A program made the position numbers and the translations under genes. From a virus (Duplodnaviria > Caudoviricetes): a stretch of 47,579 nucleotides of DNA. The stretch covers positions 1 to 47,579 of the IMG/VR virus record IMGVR_UViG_3300017700_000512; one strand, written 5' to 3'. Below the pieces are notes generated by a model. The model was not told where the DNA came from. It made no database searches and saw nothing but the letters and a program-made list of their open reading frames with translations. This document shows, in pieces, positions 44,734 to 47,579 of this stretch; position 1 is the first letter of the stretch, and the number at the start of each line of letters is the position of its first letter.

Positions 44734-45223
44734 ACTCTGCGGCCTCCCTCTCTTCGCGTGCGAGCCTGACTGACGGCTTCTCGTGGTTGTAGACGGCGTC
44801 GAGCTGCGTCTTGATCGCGGCGTCGACCTGGTCGCGGGTCTGCCGCGTCAGTTCGAACGACAAGAACACGCGCCCCACGCCGTACTCGGGTACGGCGGTG
44901 AGCACCTTGGCGATCTGCTGCTTGCAGCCGACGCGGTTGGTGATCGGCCCGCGCGCCATCGCGTTGTGCAGCCGCACCAGCTCCTGGCGCAGCCGGCGGT
45001 TGTCGGCCACCACCGCGACGCACTCGTTCCACTCAGGCTCCGAGACGCGCCGACGGAAGATCAGCTCGTCAGCGGCCGCCAGGACGGTCTGACTCGTGTT
45101 GTGGTCGGCCGTGCCCAGGCCAATGCGACGGAGCAGCACGGGCAGCTCGGGCATGAACACATCGAACGATTGCGGCTTCTCATCTGACATCGACACTATC
45201 GGACCTCCATTCTGACAATTCAC
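44543..45223 (-). CDS. Hypothetical protein (up to 226 aa)
   Basis: GTGA overlap with the upstream gene; alternative ATG at 45190 after GGAGG. Confidence 0.6.
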   Translation of the reverse strand: MNCQNGGPIVSMSDEKPQSFDVFMPELPVLLRRIGLGTADHNTSQTVLAAADELIFRRRVSEPEWNECVAVVADNRRLRQELVRLHNAMARGPITNRVGCKQQIAKVLTAVPEYGVGRVFLSFELTRQTRDQVDAAIKTQLDAVYNHEKPSVRLAREEREAAEYVETQPAGQHDPQREGGEHEAPAAGSADPVAEAPSETVGEGPGRAVEDDHDAARPAGTVGAGE

Positions 45224-45549
45224 CAGGGCACCTGGTCGCTCACGCCCAGGACACTGGCCAAGGCTGTGATGTAGCTCTTCAGGTCCGGCAGCGTCATCGG
45301 GCCGCTGTGTGCGTACTTGGCCATGTCCAGCAGCTGCCCCGCCGCGTTGTCGATCACTTTGTTGGCTTCGTCGAGGTCCTCGCGGAGCATCTCGGCCCGC
45401 TCCTGCAGCGTCGCCTTGGTCGCGGCCGCTGTGCCGTCCGTCTCGAAGAACTCGCGCTCGGTCGCCTGTGGCGGCGAGTCCGTCTGCCCCAGCCGGTTCA
45501 GTTCGTCGCGCAGCGCGCCCAGCTCATACACGTCCAGTTCGATCTTCAT
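45220..45549 (-). CDS. Hypothetical coiled-coil protein (MKIELDVYEL..., 109 aa)
   Basis: TGATG overlap with the methylase. Confidence 0.7.
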   Translation of the reverse strand: MKIELDVYELGALRDELNRLGQTDSPPQATEREFFETDGTAAATKATLQERAEMLREDLDEANKVIDNAAGQLLDMAKYAHSGPMTLPDLKSYITALASVLGVSDQVPW

Positions 45550-46550
45550 CAGTCCCCCTTCGACCATAACCTCGCATCGTTTCCGAAGACGTGCCAGCCC
45601 TTGTGCTTCTCGCGTGCGAACAATTCCACGCGCGGGCCGAACGTCCAGTGCCGATCGATCCACTGCCGGACCTCCTCGGGCTTCTCGCTGTGCACGTCAC
45701 TGCGCCGCTGCACCAACACGCTGTCGTCGTGTGGCGTCGGCACATCAGGCAGGCAGCTGCCGCGCGTGCCGATGATCAGGTGCTCGTGCTTCACCTGCAT
45801 GCCGTAGTGCCCGGGCAGGCCGATGACTTTGTCCCACACCCGGTTGCTCTTGTATTCGAAGCCCCATGCCTCCATCACGTCGCGAGGTCCTGGGTTCTCG
45901 AAGAGCACAGTCGCTGTCACCCACATGAACAGGATCGAGTCCGTCATCGAGTGCGCCTGCACGGGCAGGTCAGCGATCTCTTGCATCGTCATCGACGGGT
46001 AGTGCTTGCCGGCGTCGGCCGTCGGTGTGCTCGCGGTGTAGCTCCAGGGTGGGTCCGCGTAGATGATGCGGAACATCCCTTCCAGCTCAGCCTGGCCCTC
46101 GATCACGTTGCGCCGTTGCGACGCACGCAGGTGTTGCCGCAGTTCGTTCTTCGTCCAGCCCTCGGCGGTGGCCTTGTTCAGCCACTGCTTCTGTGCCGGC
46201 GGTTCGAGCGCCGCGACTTCCTCCGCGTGTGAGATCGACGGCGCCATCCGTCGTGCGTCGGCGTCCGTGCGCCGCGCGATGTACGCCAGCTTCGTCAGCG
46301 TGTGGCGCGCCAGGCCGGTGGTCTCCATCGCCTGGTCGAGCTTCTCACTCCAGTCCTTCCGGCTCTCGCCGTAGTTGAGCAGGTCGCCCACCCAGTAAGG
46401 GGTGGCGTCGTAGGTCGACGTCGCGAACTGCATGGCCGCCGACCACTGCTCGATGGTCGGGCGGCCCACAGGTCGAGCCGACCGAGCGCGCAGCTTGAAG
46501 CCGTGCAGCTCGATCGGCCGTTCGTCCAGGATCAGCTTCGTGCTAGACAT
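45549..46550 (-). CDS. MT-A70 family N6-adenine methyltransferase with N-terminal LmbU-like HTH domain
   Basis: IIYADPPW, HYPSM, LFMWVT, AWGFEYKS, HSEKP, ELFAR, GND. N-terminal W..GDLLNYGE...SH..EVA...WL..A....WT..ELR. Confidence 0.9.
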   Translation of the reverse strand: MSSTKLILDERPIELHGFKLRARSARPVGRPTIEQWSAAMQFATSTYDATPYWVGDLLNYGESRKDWSEKLDQAMETTGLARHTLTKLAYIARRTDADARRMAPSISHAEEVAALEPPAQKQWLNKATAEGWTKNELRQHLRASQRRNVIEGQAELEGMFRIIYADPPWSYTASTPTADAGKHYPSMTMQEIADLPVQAHSMTDSILFMWVTATVLFENPGPRDVMEAWGFEYKSNRVWDKVIGLPGHYGMQVKHEHLIIGTRGSCLPDVPTPHDDSVLVQRRSDVHSEKPEEVRQWIDRHWTFGPRVELFAREKHKGWHVFGNDARLWSKGD

Positions 46551-46971
46551 CACCCTCGGCGAGGTCGCCCTGGTCCGTCGTCTCTCCACTGGTGCTCTCG
46601 TCAGCCACCAGGCGCACGCGCAGCTTCTGATCACCCGTGACGCGGAACAGCTCCACGCCGTGGCTGCGGTAGAACGTCTCGCCGTGATCGGTCATCACGC
46701 GCAGTGCTTCACCGACCTGCTCTTTCTCGTCGGCGACCCACAGGTTTTTGTTCTCACGCGCGGTGGCGATCGCGTGTGCGATCACGTCCAGCTCGGGGAT
46801 GCGGACGCCCTCGGTGCCAGGTAGTTCGGGCTGCTTCGGCACCGACGTCTTGGCCTTGGCGGCCTTGCGTGGCTTGTCGACGAGTTTGAGTTTGCGGGGT
46901 TTGCCGGCGGGCTTCTTCTTCGCCGACGACTTCCGCGCCTTGCCCTGTGAAGGTGAGGGACGCTTGGCCAT
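46543..46971 (-). CDS. Hypothetical protein with Lys/Ala-rich N-terminus (142 aa)
   Basis: AGGAG RBS; histone-H1-like basic tail followed by a globular part. Confidence 0.75.
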   Translation of the reverse strand: MAKRPSPSQGKARKSSAKKKPAGKPRKLKLVDKPRKAAKAKTSVPKQPELPGTEGVRIPELDVIAHAIATARENKNLWVADEKEQVGEALRVMTDHGETFYRSHGVELFRVTGDQKLRVRLVADESTSGETTDQGDLAEGDV

Positions 46972-47329
46972 AGAGGCTCCTGGGATGGGGCACTTCGATG
47001 AGACGTGGCTGGCGTGCCCGAGGTGCCCAGCACACGATCCACAGGCGGGCTGCCGGTGGGAAGACGAACTCGTGGAACGCGCGTTGTGCGGCGAGGAACT
47101 GGCCGTTGCCCTTGGCCTGCTCCCCGCCCTTCACCTGCACGAAGATGACGTCGGTGTCGTTGATGGCCAGCAGGTCAGAGCCGAACTGGTCTCGCTTGGT
47201 GGGGACGCGGCCGTTGGGCGTGAAGACAAAGCGCACGATTTCCAGCTCCGCGACCTGGTAACCCTGCTCTGCCAACCACACACGAGTGCGCCCTTTGAAG
47301 TACGCACCCCGACCTGCATTGCTCGCCAC
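46754..47329 (-). CDS. PD-(D/E)XK Holliday-junction-resolvase-like nuclease
   Basis: GTG 47329; RGAYFK...WLAEQGYQV...DLLAI....IFVQVK. Confidence 0.7.
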   Translation of the reverse strand: MASNAGRGAYFKGRTRVWLAEQGYQVAELEIVRFVFTPNGRVPTKRDQFGSDLLAINDTDVIFVQVKGGEQAKGNGQFLAAQRAFHEFVFPPAARLWIVCWAPRARQPRLIEVPHPRSLYGQASLTFTGQGAEVVGEEEARRQTPQTQTRRQATQGRQGQDVGAEAARTTWHRGRPHPRAGRDRTRDRHRA

Positions 47330-47336
47330 GCCGGGG

Positions 47337-47367
47337 ATTGTGTCACAACGGGTGTACTCGGTGTCAA
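47337..47367 (-). promoter_or_regulatory. Promoter F after dnaB with a variant box over the -10; leaderless GTG
   Basis: TTGACA-19-(TGA)CACAAT-7 nt-GTG; GTTGTGACACAAT (47337-47349) resembles the 14-bp box. Confidence 0.55.
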
Positions 47368-47579
47368 CGTCCTTTCCGCCACTGCCGCACCGCAGGCGGC
47401 ACACCCGCTGGTGCCGGCGCTTCGGACTCCTCGGGCAGCGAGGCCTGCTCGGCTTCCATGCCCTCGTCCACGAACCGCTGAATGTCTCGGTTGATCGAGA
47501 GGTTCACCGTGCCGCCCTCGCCGTTGCGCTGCTTCTCCAGGATGAACATCGTCGTGCCCGACTCGCGGTGATGCTTGCG
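47364..47579 (-). CDS. dnaB: DnaB C-terminus (continuation of 1-1362)
   Basis: FILEKQRNGEGGTV arginine-finger motif, in frame across the terminal repeat. Confidence 0.93.
   Translation of the reverse strand, partial: RKHHRESGTTMFILEKQRNGEGGTVNLSINRDIQRFVDEGMEAEQASLPEESEAPAPAGVPPAVRQWRKGR
47457..47579. repeat. Terminal direct repeat, copy 2
   Basis: Identical to 1-123. Confidence 0.97.

Noticed and set aside
1-47579. tRNA, rRNA, IS element, intein, integrase or alternative genetic code
   Set aside because: None recognised by eye; conserved genes translate intact with the standard code.

Overview
This window looks like a complete, circularly assembled ~47.46-kb genome of a GC-rich short-tailed dsDNA phage. 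Bases 1-123 repeat exactly at 47457-47579 and split a dnaB gene. All credible protein genes lie on the minus strand. The morphogenesis block resembles BPP-1/epsilon15: TerS, TerL, GNAT, portal, scaffold, capsid, cement, adaptor, nozzle and three ejection proteins, one of them a 3641-aa polyvalent protein. It is followed by a tail fibre and an M15 endolysin/holin cassette. The early region encodes an Mgm101-like annealase, a PD-(D/E)XK nuclease, UvrD-like and Irc3-like helicases, an initiator plus DnaB, a resolvase-like nuclease and an MT-A70 methylase. I recognised no integrase, CI-type repressor, polymerase, primase, tRNA, CRISPR array or DGR. Highlights: (1) a 119-aa gene nested out of frame inside the giant ejection gene, with its own promoter, RBS and operator, suggesting an effector-immunity pair; (2) a 14-bp operator-like box at four early promoters and the nested promoter, with hairpins around the -10 or -35; (3) two plus-strand antisense sRNA units, one P22-sar-like and apparently dual-target, one plasmid-ctRNA-like upstream of the initiator; (4) a head-tail adaptor fused to ~950 aa of fibre-like domains. 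All family calls come from motif recognition by eye, not database searches.
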